Notes under the pieces: model-generated
The model's input: only the letters and a program-made list of their open reading frames with translations
Database searches by the model: none
Told to the model about the DNA's origin: nothing
Shown: positions 37,175 to 49,577 of the stretch, in pieces
How positions within the stretch are numbered: position 1 is the first letter of the stretch
How the letters are laid out: each line of letters opens with the position of its first letter
Source of the DNA: Curvularia clavata
Taxonomy: Eukaryota
NCBI GenBank assembly: GCA_023920165.1
Contig: CP089276.1
Coordinates: forward strand, 2,790,001 to 2,854,000
Direction of reading: 5' to 3'
Length of the DNA stretch: 64,000 nt
Program-made: the position numbers and the translations under genes

Positions 37175-38878
37175 ATGCCTCACGCACTTACGTCTCGTGA
37201 CTCCACCATGGAGTCGAAGCCCATAGGGTCTTATCCCAAGTCTGGCATCGATGTCCTGATTGTTGGGACCGGTCTTGCGGGACTGGTAGCCGCACTCGAA
37301 TGCACACGCAAAGGCCACAATGTGCGTGTTTTGGAAAGAAACGCGGACATCAACACATCTGGTGAGCACGTGTAAAGGCTTAGCGTAAGTACATTACTTA
37401 TTCTGAACGTCAGGTGACATGTATTTCATGGGACTCAGTGCAACACGCTTCCTGAAGCACTGGCCCGAACTTCTCAAGGAGTACAAGAGGATATCGCTTC
37501 ACAATGCCTGGATCGAGACCTTTAAACACTCGGGCGAGGTGGTCATTGGACCCAAGAAGGTTGCTGACCGTCTGCGCGCCCAGGGGCTGGACCCCGATAC
37601 TCCCCCTGGCGAGTTCCAGATGCGCCCGCTCGTGTACAAGATGTTTGTGAGCGCGGTCGAGAATCTCGGTGTATCCGTCGAGTTCAATCGTAGAGTTGTT
37701 GACTACTTTGAGGATGAGGCGACTGGAAAAGGAGGCTGCGTTACCGAAGATGGAAAGCGCTATGAGGCAGACGTAGTCATTGCTGCTGATGGTGTTGGTT
37801 CCAAGAGTCAAAAGTTAGTTGGCGGCCAGGTGCGCGCAAGGCCTTCGGGCAGGGCCATGTGGCGTGCTGCTTTTCCTAGGGAAGCCCTGGCGAAGGATCC
37901 AGAAGTCGAGGAGTTCTTCAAGATGATGCCAGGGAACGAGCCTATCGTGAGGACATGGCTCGGGTGCGTAGTGTCCCAAAATTTAATGAGTGGCCGTGCT
38001 AACTCGCATCAGCCCTTCCACGTACGCGCTCACCCTGACCCGTGAGGATGTCATGGTCTGGATCATGAACCACGATGTGAGCTTCAGCCCTGGATGTCGT
38101 TGAAGAATACAGTTAACATGCCCAGGTCACCGGCACCGAAAAGGAAAGTTGGAGCAACACGATCGACAAGCAAGAAGTGCTTGACGGTATGGACGCAATG
38201 CCTGGTATGGAGAAGATCAAGTGGGCTCCAATCTTCAAGCAACTCGTCGAAGTAACACCGCCCAATACTATCGTCAATTTCGAACTGTTATGGCGCAACC
38301 CCCAGCCGAGCTGGTGTTCTCCTGGCGCCCGTGTCGTTCAGATCGGTGATTCCGCACATTCGTACCTCCCAGCCTCCGGAAACGGCGCAACACAAGCAAT
38401 CGAGGATGCCATCTCCATAGCGTCATGCCTTCAAATTGGTGGCAAGGAAAACATTCCCCAATCTGTCCGCGTCCACATCCGGTTCCGGTAAGCGGCATTT
38501 GCACCCTCCGATCATACCTAAAAACTGGTACTAACATGTAATTACAGTTTCATCCGCAACTCCTGTGCGCAAAAACTGGGCTTCTCTAATGCAGAACTGC
38601 TGCAAGACACGGATTGGGACAAGGTCAAGCTGGACCCACGCCGCGCGGCACCCAAGCTTCCCAAGTGGGTATGGGGCCACGACCCAGAAGCTTATGCGTA
38701 CGAAAACTACGAGAAGAGCGCTCAGTCCCTGAAGGAAGGGATCGACATGAAGGACGAGGACAAGTTCGAGCCTAATTATCCCAAGGGCTACAAGTATGAA
38801 CCCTGGAGTATCGAGAAGATCATGGATGACATGCGGGCTGGCAAGCCCATTGATCTTGGCCCGGGCGATTGGGAGTGA
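37175..38878 (+). CDS. FAD-dependent monooxygenase (salicylate hydroxylase/MAK1-like)
   Basis: VLIVGTGLAG, DVVIAADGVGS and QIGDSAHSYLPASGNGATQAIEDA motifs. Introns 37362-37413, 37964-38012, 38077-38125 and 38488-38547; TGA 38876-38878. Alternative ATG at 37208. Confidence 0.95.
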
Positions 38879-40338
38879 AGTAGGCTAGGCAAAGTAAGCG
38901 CAGGAGACCAGTACCGCATGCTCGGAGTTTTGTTGCTTGGCTACTTTGAAATAATGATAATGAGATCTTCAGTTGAGAGGCTTGTGTTGTTTCCATTTCT
39001 GGTATTATCTCCTAGATCCAGTCTGTGACACGCTCTCTAGCGTATTCCCTAGCATAACTTTGTCATGTTGGTGCAGGCGTACGGTACGCAGCCATCGTAC
39101 CCTATTGGTGCGGTGAATCCTCCCGTGGCTTGGTGACTTTGCGTTCAACAGTACGTCCTAAGTACATGTTACTACTGCACTCTGTACTCCTACAGCGTTA
39201 AAGCACCATCTACATTCCCGCAATCTGCAGTCTTTCCAAATGAAAAGTGTGCAATCTTCACGTCACAGTGATATACAATGTGCGTTTCTCGGTGTGAGAT
39301 ATTAGGTATTCCAACACTGGTGTGCAGTAGGCCCTTGAACGCATGTGCCTTGCATATACCGCTCCCTTGCGCATAGTCCCAGTTTGAAGGAAAATGTTTG
39401 GTACACGGAAGCCTGATAGCGAAAGGCATATTTCTCGCACGGTCCATAGAATGGAGGGCATGCATGATGGAAGAAGGGAAAAGCAAATAAGCATATGCAC
39501 CTGACGCCCGCCATGCCCAAGCTTTCTCCCATTTGCTTTTGCTTCCTTCGATGAGAAATTGGCTCCATACCGCGCGTCCCCTGTTTTTGGCACCCCCGGT
39601 AGTAACAATGTGTAAACGATCCCTTCCATCTTAGGCACTACGATGTAAGTAAGATTCTAGCATCTTGCGGGGGCAACTTCGCGTGCCTGAAAAGGTAAGA
39701 ATCCTACAACCCCGTAACTTCACACTTCTCACCCGCCCAGCCAAGACTTATTGATTGTCGTATTTTGACTATATACGTGAATCTCCTACTCCGAACTCAC
39801 GGCTCTCCATCGGACTACGAAAAAAGGTGGGTGGGTGGGCACGCAAGCGGTCCGCGGTGGCCGTGGCCGTAGGGAGGAAGAAGAAAGTCATGACGTTTTT
39901 GACAGGGGGACGCGCTAGGCGTCTGGGCGGTACATGGCATGGGTGTTCGGTCCAGGGATGGATTGTTTGTTTGTGCAGCAGGAGGGGTGGAGGCAAACCT
40001 GGTATCGTATGCCTGGACGTGGTCGGTGGATATCGCAGGATGCCAGGATCAAAGTGCGAGGCTGGAGAGAAGATGTGTGTTTGGCGACTAGGCGAATATT
40101 GAGGAACATTGGGGCGGGTGGAACCGGCAACGATGATGCTTTGTGATGGATTGATTATTCGCATGAAAACAATTTGCTGCTTTTTTGGTGCTTCATCATG
40201 TGCAATCTGATGAGGGTTCGGCGGAACGTGCACGTGATTCACCCCTACTCGAGTGCACCCTGTACAAATAGTCATGTCGTAAGAAACGCGACACTCTAGA
40301 TCGCATAACCAAAACAGGGACCAGACTCTGGCTTTTAC

Positions 40339-40926
40339 TCACTCATCCAAAGCCGTGTCCAGCCTCCTCTGCAACTCCTCGGCCTTCTTACTATGCATGA
40401 ACTCACGTACACCCTCGACCCTCCTACCGTCCTTGCTCATCTTCACAAACAAGACTGCTTCAGTCCACCACTCGGTGATCCCACACTCCAACAGACGCCT
40501 TCCTCCGTCACTTTGCCCATCAATTTGCCCGCCCATACGGCAATGCGCGACAACGGTGTTGGTGTCACGTGAGAAGTGCACTGCGGGCGCTCCGTACCCA
40601 TCGTCCTCGGGCTTCACTTCAAAGCTACTGAAATCATCAAACATAGCTTCCATATTATCTCGGAAGGCCCGGATAGGTAAGGGTGGGAGGTCTAGATCTG
40701 ACGGGAGCGAGGAGTGGGTGAAGTCTCGCGTGGCGTGCGTGGTTAGAGCCTGCGGACGTAGTGTGGAGTAGCTTTTGATAAAGGCGTAGAAGGTTTGCAC
40801 GTGAGGCGTCTTTTCCTGTGTCTGGGATTGGGACAGGTAGTATGCGAGGGGTGCAAGGGTTGCCACAGCCATGAGGGCTGCAGTTGCGAGACGGGTTTCC
40901 GAAGGGGAGAAGCGTACGTGTGCCAT
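40339..40926 (-). CDS. NTF2/SnoaL-like protein with N-terminal hydrophobic anchor
   Basis: ATG 40926, hydrophobic LATAALMAVATLAPLAYYL, then DFTHSSLPSDL...NTVVAHC...EAVLFVKMSKDGRRVEGVREFMHS, an AusH/AusJ-like pattern. Confidence 0.8.
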   Translation of the reverse strand: MAHVRFSPSETRLATAALMAVATLAPLAYYLSQSQTQEKTPHVQTFYAFIKSYSTLRPQALTTHATRDFTHSSLPSDLDLPPLPIRAFRDNMEAMFDDFSSFEVKPEDDGYGAPAVHFSRDTNTVVAHCRMGGQIDGQSDGGRRLLECGITEWWTEAVLFVKMSKDGRRVEGVREFMHSKKAEELQRRLDTALDE

Positions 40927-41595
40927 TGTTGTAGTGTTGCACTCTTGCGAGGACCTGCTGTGTGGGCTTGGGGTTGCATGCTGCGAAGGCTGCAAATTCC
41001 TGTGCTGCTGAATAGCACTACGGCAACATTGGTACCGGTGTGTCAGCGTGGAGGACTAGTAGCCGTCCCACACCATGGTCTCTACCCGGACGGGATCAGC
41101 GAGCCAAACTCCGATGTGTGGTCTACGCGTCTGTCCCACACTCGACCATGTTTTTGTCGAAGCTGCGGTGCTGGTGATCAAACAGGAGATCTGTATCGTG
41201 TACGTCAGCTGCTGTCATTGACTGCACGTATTCACCAGCAAGTACTCGCCGCATCGGTGACATCCATCCCCGACCCGATGCTATGAAACACTGCGAGAAC
41301 AGTACTCATTCGCCTTAGCCACAGACCCCGCAGTCTGCTTGTTGGATCCGCCTATGTGAGAGGCGACCTAGCATTAGTCCCAGAAGAAAGGACAGGAGTA
41401 TGGTACTTGCGGGGCCGATGTTCGTTATCTTAGCGACATGCCTACATTAAAAGTGACGTACATATCAACAAGGCTAAGTCTACTTCTTCGCATTCATCAG
41501 CTTTCTTGCTGAATTCGATATCCAAGACTGAAAAGCGATCAGCGTTACCAGTCTGACAACAAGATCAGATCCCAAATTGAATTAAAGTTTCCATC

Positions 41596-42558
41596 ATGGC
41601 CGCCACCAAAGCCATCCTCATTACCGGCGCTACCGGCAAGCAAGGCGGTGCTGTACTCGAACAACTTGCAAACCACCCTTCAAGCTCACAGTTTACGCTT
41701 TTGGCTGTTACCCGCGATGCCAGCTCTGGTTCCGCAAAGAAGATTGTCGAGCGTCACCCCGAAGTCAAGCTCGTCCAAGGCAACCTCGACGACCCCCAAG
41801 CACTCTTTGTATCAGCAAAATCCGCGCTGAAGGAAGCAGGCAAAGAAGAGAAAATATGGGGCGTCTACTCAGTGCAAGTATCACTTGGCAAAAACGTAAC
41901 GCACGAAAGCGAAGTCGTCCAAGGCAACGCTCTCATCGACGCATCCATCGAACAAGGCGTCACACACTTTGTCTACTCGAGCGTTGACCGTGGCGGCAAC
42001 GAGCGCAGCTTCGAGAACAAAACGCCCATCCCGCATTTCCAGAGCAAGTACGAGATTGAGCAGCACCTGCTTGAGAAGGCGGGAAAGAACGGAGAGAATA
42101 TGGGCTGGACTATTCTTCGCCCTGTGGCTTTCATGGATAACCTTACGCCTGCGTTTCCGACAAAGGTTTTCATGGCTGCCCTGCGTGACACACTTCAGGG
42201 CAAATCACTGCAGTGGGTGTCTGTGGAAGACATTGGGCTGTTCGGTGCACGTGCGTTTGTCGACCATGAAGAGTGGAATGGACGTGCTGAGGGTCTCGCC
42301 GGCAGCGAGCTTACCATGGATGAGATGAGCGGGTGCTTCGAGCGTGTCATTGGCAGTCCCCTTCCAGCTACCTATGGTTTCCTCGGGTCGACCCTGATGT
42401 GGGCTGTTACGGAAGTGAATGTTATGATTAACTGGTTTGCTGCCGAGGGCTATGGTGCTGACATTGCCAAGCTGAAGAAGGAAGAGCCGAGATTGTGTGA
42501 TTTCGAGACTTGGTTAGCGGAGAGGAGTGGATGGAAAGACCAGGCTATCAAGCGATAG
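41596..42558 (+). CDS. NmrA-like NAD(P)-binding protein
   Basis: ILITGATGKQGGAV, HFVYSSVDRGG, HFQSKYEIE and WTILRPVAFMDN; single exon of 320 aa. Confidence 0.95.
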   Translation: MAATKAILITGATGKQGGAVLEQLANHPSSSQFTLLAVTRDASSGSAKKIVERHPEVKLVQGNLDDPQALFVSAKSALKEAGKEEKIWGVYSVQVSLGKNVTHESEVVQGNALIDASIEQGVTHFVYSSVDRGGNERSFENKTPIPHFQSKYEIEQHLLEKAGKNGENMGWTILRPVAFMDNLTPAFPTKVFMAALRDTLQGKSLQWVSVEDIGLFGARAFVDHEEWNGRAEGLAGSELTMDEMSGCFERVIGSPLPATYGFLGSTLMWAVTEVNVMINWFAAEGYGADIAKLKKEEPRLCDFETWLAERSGWKDQAIKR

Positions 42559-42999
42559 TTGGCAGAAATTGGGAATGGAGTTTAGGCAGATCCTGGGTAG
42601 GAAGTCCTGGCCCGGTTGAGGTCCTTTATGAATAGAGATGAATATTTCCTATTTGATTGTGATTGTATGACTTCACAGTTGTCTGCAGCATGTGTTCAGT
42701 TGCTCACTTAGGTCTCAAGTCAGTCGTTAACATTTATTATCTGAATGCCTGAGAGTTCCTAAAAAACGCTGGACTTGGAGTTGATGGCTTGTGTTAGAAC
42801 ACGGCTGTAGAATAAGGTTGGTCTAAGTGGATGTAAAGGTTGTGATGCGTAAAGAAATGCTTGTTTAACTCAAAACATTAACCATACTCTTCTGTATAAT
42901 TATCTTTGACTTTCTTAGTCTCTTTCAAAAACTACTCAAGCCCATCAACAGAGCCTGTACTCCCTTTTCCTTCACCCGTCCACCCATCTTCTCCACCAC

Positions 43000-43580
43000 C
43001 TACAAAGAAAGTAAATTCCACAACGCCAAACCTCCCGCCACAACCGGCGTAACCAACCTCAGCCTATTCCAGCTCGCCCATCTCGTCGCAATCTCCTGCG
43101 CTTGTCCCAACTCCTTCTCGCTCGTCCTCTCCGCCAGCGCTTCCAGCTTATCATTCAGCGGCTGCATATTAACCGCTGAGTGCACAATTGTCGTCAGATG
43201 CATGAGTGCCGCAACGCCAAATAGCTTCCAATCGCTGCGCGCTAGGATGCCCTCGCGGTACACGGAGTAGCTCGCGTATGCATAACCAAGAAAGCCTAAG
43301 GTGGAAATTGGGCGGAAGAACTGGTTGCCGACGGTCCAGCAGAGCGGCCACTGGCGGCCCAGGAGACGCGCGCGGTCTTTGTGCTCTGGTGAGCCTGGGG
43401 GAGGGAAATCAACGAGGAGGGCGGGGATCGTCATGTAGGATTGTGTGACAGCATTTCCTAGGATGGGACGTTAGTGCTTTGAAGATGGGAAGATTTGGGA
43501 TAAAGGAAAGTACCGGCGAGGATGAAGGAGAAGGTGATGCAGGTTCCTGCCACGCTCTTGACGTAGACGTTGTCCGACAT
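43000..43580 (-). CDS. DUF1772 / anthrone-oxygenase-like small membrane protein
   Basis: ATG 43580, intron 43513-43458. About four hydrophobic helices, MTIPALL, LGRQW, MQPLNDKL and RWASWNRLR match the fungal DUF1772 pattern. Confidence 0.85.
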
Positions 43581-44805
43581 GGTGGGATTGATGTTCTGCC
43601 TTTGTTGTGTACTTGATTCGGTATCCTTTGAAGTCGCTTTGTTTAATTGAAACAGATAGATGAGATTTCAGTATTTAAAATATGCAGCAAAACTCCAAGG
43701 GCATCAAACCAATCTCAAGACACACTGCATCAAGAGAAGAAATACGCTCGTCGCTTCTCGATTCACATCCTAAACAAATAACCAATTCCACCGCCTTCAT
43801 CCCGAAGGAATTCCCCAAGAAAACACCGCGCTGGATCTTGCCCCACTATGCAGCACACCCTCAGGCATGCTGCATGTTGTTCCTGGTGTCCGGCCGTGTA
43901 GTTCGGTTCCCCACGTCGGCCGTGCCAAGGCGGGCCGCGTCCCTCCGTTACATCATGATTGTCTAGATGCGCGCGATGCGAAACTCGGAGAGTCTGAATT
44001 CATCGATTTCTAGATGCGGCCTAAAGATAGCATTGTATTGGCGAGTTGGTTGTGGGATAGCGGCAGTGGCATACTGAATCGACAGACAGGGCTGTTGGCC
44101 TTGCTTCATTTTGATTACTAGCGATAGCTCGCCTTGATAGCCGTTGGAGTTGCGGGCTTACTATTGCGCCACGTCGGTAACCGTTGCGCTTTCGTGTAGC
44201 GGAACTCGAGATGATTGGGCTGCTCATTCAGTTTATTTCAACGTCAGGCGGCCAGCTTCATTTATCCTCTGGTGAGCATTCCCTTATTGTGGAATGAGTT
44301 CTGGTTTGAAGATATACGTTGGCTTTGAGCGAATGATATGAATACCCACACAGGGAAGAGCGACATGGAACCACAGCATCCAAGGCTGGGTTGAACAGTT
44401 TCACGACTTATTGTAGCCAGCGAGCATGGACTTAACCAGTCGCTGCGAACATGATCATCTACGTTTTCTCAAAACTGTCAAGTCAGCCTTGGTATCCATC
44501 AGTATGGAAAAAACTGTACCTTATTCGCCTTATTATACTTAACAATAAAATGAAGCAAAATCACATAAGAACCAACACATCTCAATCTCAAGCTCCTTTG
44601 TCACGCATCTCGAAGCACCATCATTCTCCTTAAATTAAACCGAGCCAAACAACAGATAAATTTCGTAGACGTTGAGGTCTGTTTTCTCTAATTCGTCATT
44701 GACCCACTGGTCATGTCATGCAGAATCTACATATGCTTCGTATTTTCCATATTCCATACCAAACCAGCCAGAACCTAACTCCATGTCCGCCTAGCAAATG
44801 CAAGA

Positions 44806-46469
44806 TTAATTCGAAGCGCCATTAACATTTCCCTGCCTAACCATCCAGGTCAGCAAATCGACCTTGGTGACAACAGCTACAGCCCTGTGCTCGCCATCGA
44901 CCTGCTCAGTCACAACGGCAGCACTATTCCACTCAAAGAACTTGTTGAGATCAGACAAGCTCGTCTCTTTTGTGATCTCGACGAACTCGCGTCGACCCTT
45001 CTTGCCACCCTTTTGCGTATTCTTGGCGTTGTCGCCATCGAGGGAGAGGCGGCCGAGATCCTTGACGACTTCATTCAACTTTCGGAAGTCGAACATGACG
45101 GATTCGACGGGTGACTTGGGGGTCGCGCGGCCAGCGGCAATGTAGGAGAGTAGGTTACCGAGTGTGACCAAACCGACAAGGCGGGCCTTGCCGGATGAAG
45201 AGTATACGCTTACGGGGAGCTGATCGAAGCCCTTTTCGCGCATGGTTTCGATGGCTTCGCTGCAAGGAGAGTTTGCGGAAACAGTGGTGACGGGCTTGAG
45301 ACGCAGAGACGCGATGGTGGCGCCGTGGAAAGGATCAGACTTCTTGCTAGTAGAGAGGCGGCGAGACTGAGCGCCGTTGGTGTCGGGTGTAATAGGAGGT
45401 GTGGGAGGGAGCAAATCATTTGCAGCGAGCCAGTCGTCGTCGACAAACTATTGCCTGTTAGTGAGAATATAACTTGATTTTCGGTGAAAAAACGTACCTT
45501 GCTGAGATAGCTGCGAATGCTGTCGGGCAGAATGACAACTACGACATCATCTTCAGTCAGATTCATGTCCCGAGCTGCCTCGACCATGGCAGCCATGGCG
45601 CTTCCTGAAGAGCCACCACAGAGGATACCCTCCTCAGCAATCAACCTGCGCGCATACTGGAAGGAAGTACGGTCCTCGGTCTTGTACCACTTGTCCACAA
45701 GCTTCTGTTCCAAGACGTCGGGAATAAAGTCGTATCCAATACCCTCAACCTTGTAGCCCTCATTCACATGCTCTTCGTTCAGACTCGCGGGCAGCGCCAA
45801 GATACTTCCGTGAGGATCTGCCGCGATGATCTTGACATCCTGCTTGTGTTTCCTCAGGCCCCGCGCAAGACCAGTAATTGTGCCTCCGGTTCCAGCGCCA
45901 GCAACAAGCATAGTAATCTTGCCCTCAGTCTGTGTCCATACCTCCTCCGCGGTGCCGCATTCGTGGGCAAGCGGGTTATCAACATTCGAGTACTGATCGA
46001 GGATATGCGCATTTGGAATCTCCTTGACTAATCTGCGCGCAACACCAATGTGACTTTCGGGACTATCCCACGCAGCACTTGTCGGTGTGCGGATAATTTC
46101 AGCGCCAAGCGCCTTGAGCACCGCCACCTTCTCCGGGCTCATCTTCTCAGGAAGCGTAATGATTGTCCTGTAGCCCTTGACTGCACCAACCAGCGCAAGC
46201 CCAATACCAGTGTTACCGGAGGTAGGCTCAATGAGCGTGTCGCCAGGCTTTATGCGACCAGACTTTTCGGCGGCCTCGATCATGCGCAGGGCAATGCGGT
46301 CCTTGACACTACCTCCAGCATTGAACGCCTCGACTTTTGCGTAAACGGTGGCGCGGATGCCGAGCGACTGTGGGATCTTGTTTAGGCGGACGAGTGGCGT
46401 GTTGCCAATTTGTTCCGTGATGCTGTTCATGACAACGGGTGGCAATGCGGGGCGCGTTTTGGTAGACAT
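44806..46469 (-). CDS. CYS4: Cystathionine beta-synthase
   Basis: [20 protein letters not shown] (PLP lysine), [11 protein letters not shown] and GAGTGGT, plus C-terminal CBS domains ([15 protein letters not shown]). Intron 45497-45448. Confidence 0.97.
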
Positions 46470-48629
46470 TTTTGCGATTATGGTGCTTCTCCAACGACGC
46501 TCTGGGTATATCAGTGTTGGAAGCAGAAGAAGTGAGGAAGAAAAAAAAAGTTTTGCGTACAAAGAAAAAAGACGAGTACCCACACGTCTAGAGGCGTCAC
46601 AGGTACTTTAGACAAGATCTCAGGCGACTGGTTCGCGTAAGCCACGGTAAAGCTTGACCCGCTAATACCCGCCGCTAACGGTACCCCTCCGGACACGTGA
46701 TGAGGATAGAGGCCGCCGTATGGTTAGCGAGCGTGCTATACTACGTCTGTTATGGCTAGGTACTTGGTGTTTTGCTTTTTTCGAAGCGTCTCCATTCCCA
46801 CTTCTGGAATGTCATTTGTATGTACTCGAAGAGCTTAATACAACGTCCAGTTGAGGCTTGCTCGAAGGCTCTACTGTGGCACAGATGTCAATCTCATGCT
46901 ATGCGATACGTGTAAGCAACTCGCCATCTTAGCAGATCATATCTGAACATCATTTGCTCCTGCATCAATAGGGGATTCCGTAGTATCTACTCAGAATCCT
47001 CAGTATCTGACTGGATGTGGCGAAACAACACAATGATCTTAATGCCAATCTCATATGATCCTATGGTACACAACACATGCAGCACTGGATGACATCGCAG
47101 GCAATTAGAGCGAAATCAGTTCAATTGCCTCCAAACAGTCCCTTGTACTGAATCAATATGGTATCTACGCACATCATCCTGTCAACCCATGAGAAGCCCA
47201 CCCACCACCTTTCATGCCGTAGCCATCACCCTTCCATACCTTAGCCAGCAAGGATCCACCGAATCCCATTCCCTTCCCATCACCCAGCCAGGAATCAATC
47301 GCCCAAAAGCTTGAAAAAATCACAAAGAAAAGAAAACGCCCAAATGAAGTTGGTACATGCCTTATACTTGAATGAGATTGCAAAGAGGAAGTGTTTGTGC
47401 ATCAGACTGTTCTTTTTTACATCAACGAGGTTGGGCGACACAGGCCAGTCATAATCCATCACAACCACTCATACAAAGACATGAGGACTGGAGGATACAG
47501 ACCGGTTTGCCACCTCCTCTCGGCGTGTAGTAGCAAATTGTAATCATTTGCGATGCGGGTATTGACAGAGGATTTGTACTTAACTTTCCATAGTGTATAA
47601 GAGAAGAGCCGAGGAAGACAGATGTACAGCCAAACAGCTGAGTCGAAAGAGGTTAATGTGAGAGGCCTGCCGTATGCTGAAGGAGGAAAAGATTGGTGGA
47701 GCAGAAAAGGTCAGAGGGAGGCGGGAGGCGTTGTTTATGTACTTGGGAGATGGCCGCCAAGCACTGCCAGCACGTGCTACGGCGCGGGCGTTTGCGAGCA
47801 GAAAGAAATAAATGAAGCAAACGAAAAGATGAGTCAAGGTGGGAACGGAGCAAATGATAGAAGAGTCAAACGGACGGCCATGTGCGGGGGAGAAGGAAGT
47901 GGAAGGGAGAGCCATGCATAAAAGCAAACGGAACCACTTTATGAACTTGGATAATATATCATAGTATAAAAATAAAGGTAGCATACTACAAGAAAACGCA
48001 AGTGGAGAGATGGAGAAACGTTTCATGTCGATTTGTCCACTTGCCTTGGCGTAATTGCGGGTCTGAGATAGCACTGTCTGACCGTTCAAGCCCCTAATAT
48101 GAAAAAATCGGGGAGTGAGAAAGATGTTGAGTTTGTACTGGAAGCACTACTAGTGTATAATCGCAACCAAAGTATCTTAAGAGATGCTTCAACGGCGGTC
48201 TATCTTCCAAGTTCTCTCAAAGTCCCTTAGAACAAAAGACTGATCACAAAGCTCACTTTCGCCCTTAAAGAGTTTCTTGCCATTCGAAGACAGACGAGCA
48301 GTCGAAAATCCATTAGTGTTCTTTTTGTTAGAGCCCTGAGAAAATTCCGTGCAGTGAAGACCAGACAGATACTTCAATCCCGAAGGGTTCAAACTGGGGA
48401 ACCCCATCGGAGAACAATCTTAAGATTCAGAGATGGACATGGAGATAACCAGAAATATTGAACTTCAATCATTGAACCCGTATTGTTGCATCGATTCCAT
48501 AGACCAAAGACAGTGAGACAGGCACTTCCCAAATATTCATGGGTTCAGGGTATTCAAACAACAGCAGCAGCTATATACACTTAGGTCTTTCAAAGCACAA
48601 AAACCACCCAAAGAACGACTTCAAAAGTC

Positions 48630-49577
48630 TCAAAGCTGCTCCGCAATCCATCCCCACCACCCCTCGACACCAGGCCCCTCCTTCCCACCCGTCACATTGC
48701 CCCCGATAACATCGACATTCGTCCTACACTCACTCATCTGCTCAAATGTAAACGCACCCTCTCCACCCTCTCCAAGCCACTCCTTCTCCTCATCCACCTC
48801 GTCCTCACCTCCACTCAGGGCGGCCCCGGCATCCCTCAGCGCCTTCGCCCTGTTATTCCTAATCACTGTAATACTCTTCTCCAGTGAATTCTTCACCAGA
48901 TGAGCCGGCAGCGCCGTAAAAAGATCCATCTTATTTGCGGCAATCAGGACGGGAATTTCCTTTGGACCTTTACTCGACGTGGCATTCGTGTACCTCTTTT
49001 GCAGGGAAAGCAGCACATCATGGAGATACTCTGCAGCTTCGGTGAGGTTATTGTCGTCAGTGAGCTGAGCGGCGTCGACCATGAAGATGACGGCACGGAT
49101 ATTCTTGGGGTCGGCGAGCTGTGAGGTGGCGTGGTGGCGCAGCTTGCCGTGGCCAGGGGTGTCGAGCAGGCGGAAGTTGCGTGAGCGCTCGAAGGCTGGG
49201 TCGCCAGGGGAGCGGTAGTGCGAGGATGCGGGCACATGGGGACTGGGGAGGAGGGCGGAGACGGTCAGGGGCGTTGTCGACGTGTGTGTCTGGGTTGAGG
49301 TATTCCTTTCGGCCTTGGGGAGAGTGGGTTAGTCATGTGTGTGTGGCATGTGTTGGGTTCGTATAATACTCACCAGGGTTGCAAAAGCTGTCTTTCCGCT
49401 TCCGCTCGGGCCGACGAGCAGGAAGGTGGGCGCTTGGAGAGCAGCGGCCGCCTTCTTGTAGAGAAAGGCATGCAGCAGGATGGGCAGAATGAAGGCAATC
49501 AGGAGGGTGATGAAGATGGCTGATGGGGTGGGGGAGAAGGCAGCCGTCAGCCAGCTGTCCTGATCGTACCAGGCCAT
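48630..49577 (-). CDS. SRP102: Signal recognition particle receptor beta subunit
   Basis: N-terminal TM helix, P-loop GPSGSGKT, DTPGHGKLR and AANKMDLFTA. Intron 49373-49314. Confidence 0.93.

Noticed and set aside
39769..40275. 168-aa ORF starting MTICTGC inside the cluster, a possible regulator remnant
   Set aside because: Only one CxxC, no Zn2Cys6 spacing, and the rest looks non-coding.
46470..46583. In-frame GTG-started extension of CYS4
   Set aside because: The Phe/Leu/Ser content is explained by a pyrimidine-rich 5' UTR, and ATG 46469 has good context.
47116..47462. Two minus-strand C/D-box-like pairs (ATGATGT...CTGA and GTGATGG...CTGA)
   Set aside because: Both C boxes are imperfect, terminal stems are weak or absent, and I could not match a guide to rRNA.
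48370..48560. Recurring TTGAA/TTCAA and GGGTTCA words suggesting a MITE
   Set aside because: No terminal inverted repeat pair or target-site duplication could be defined.
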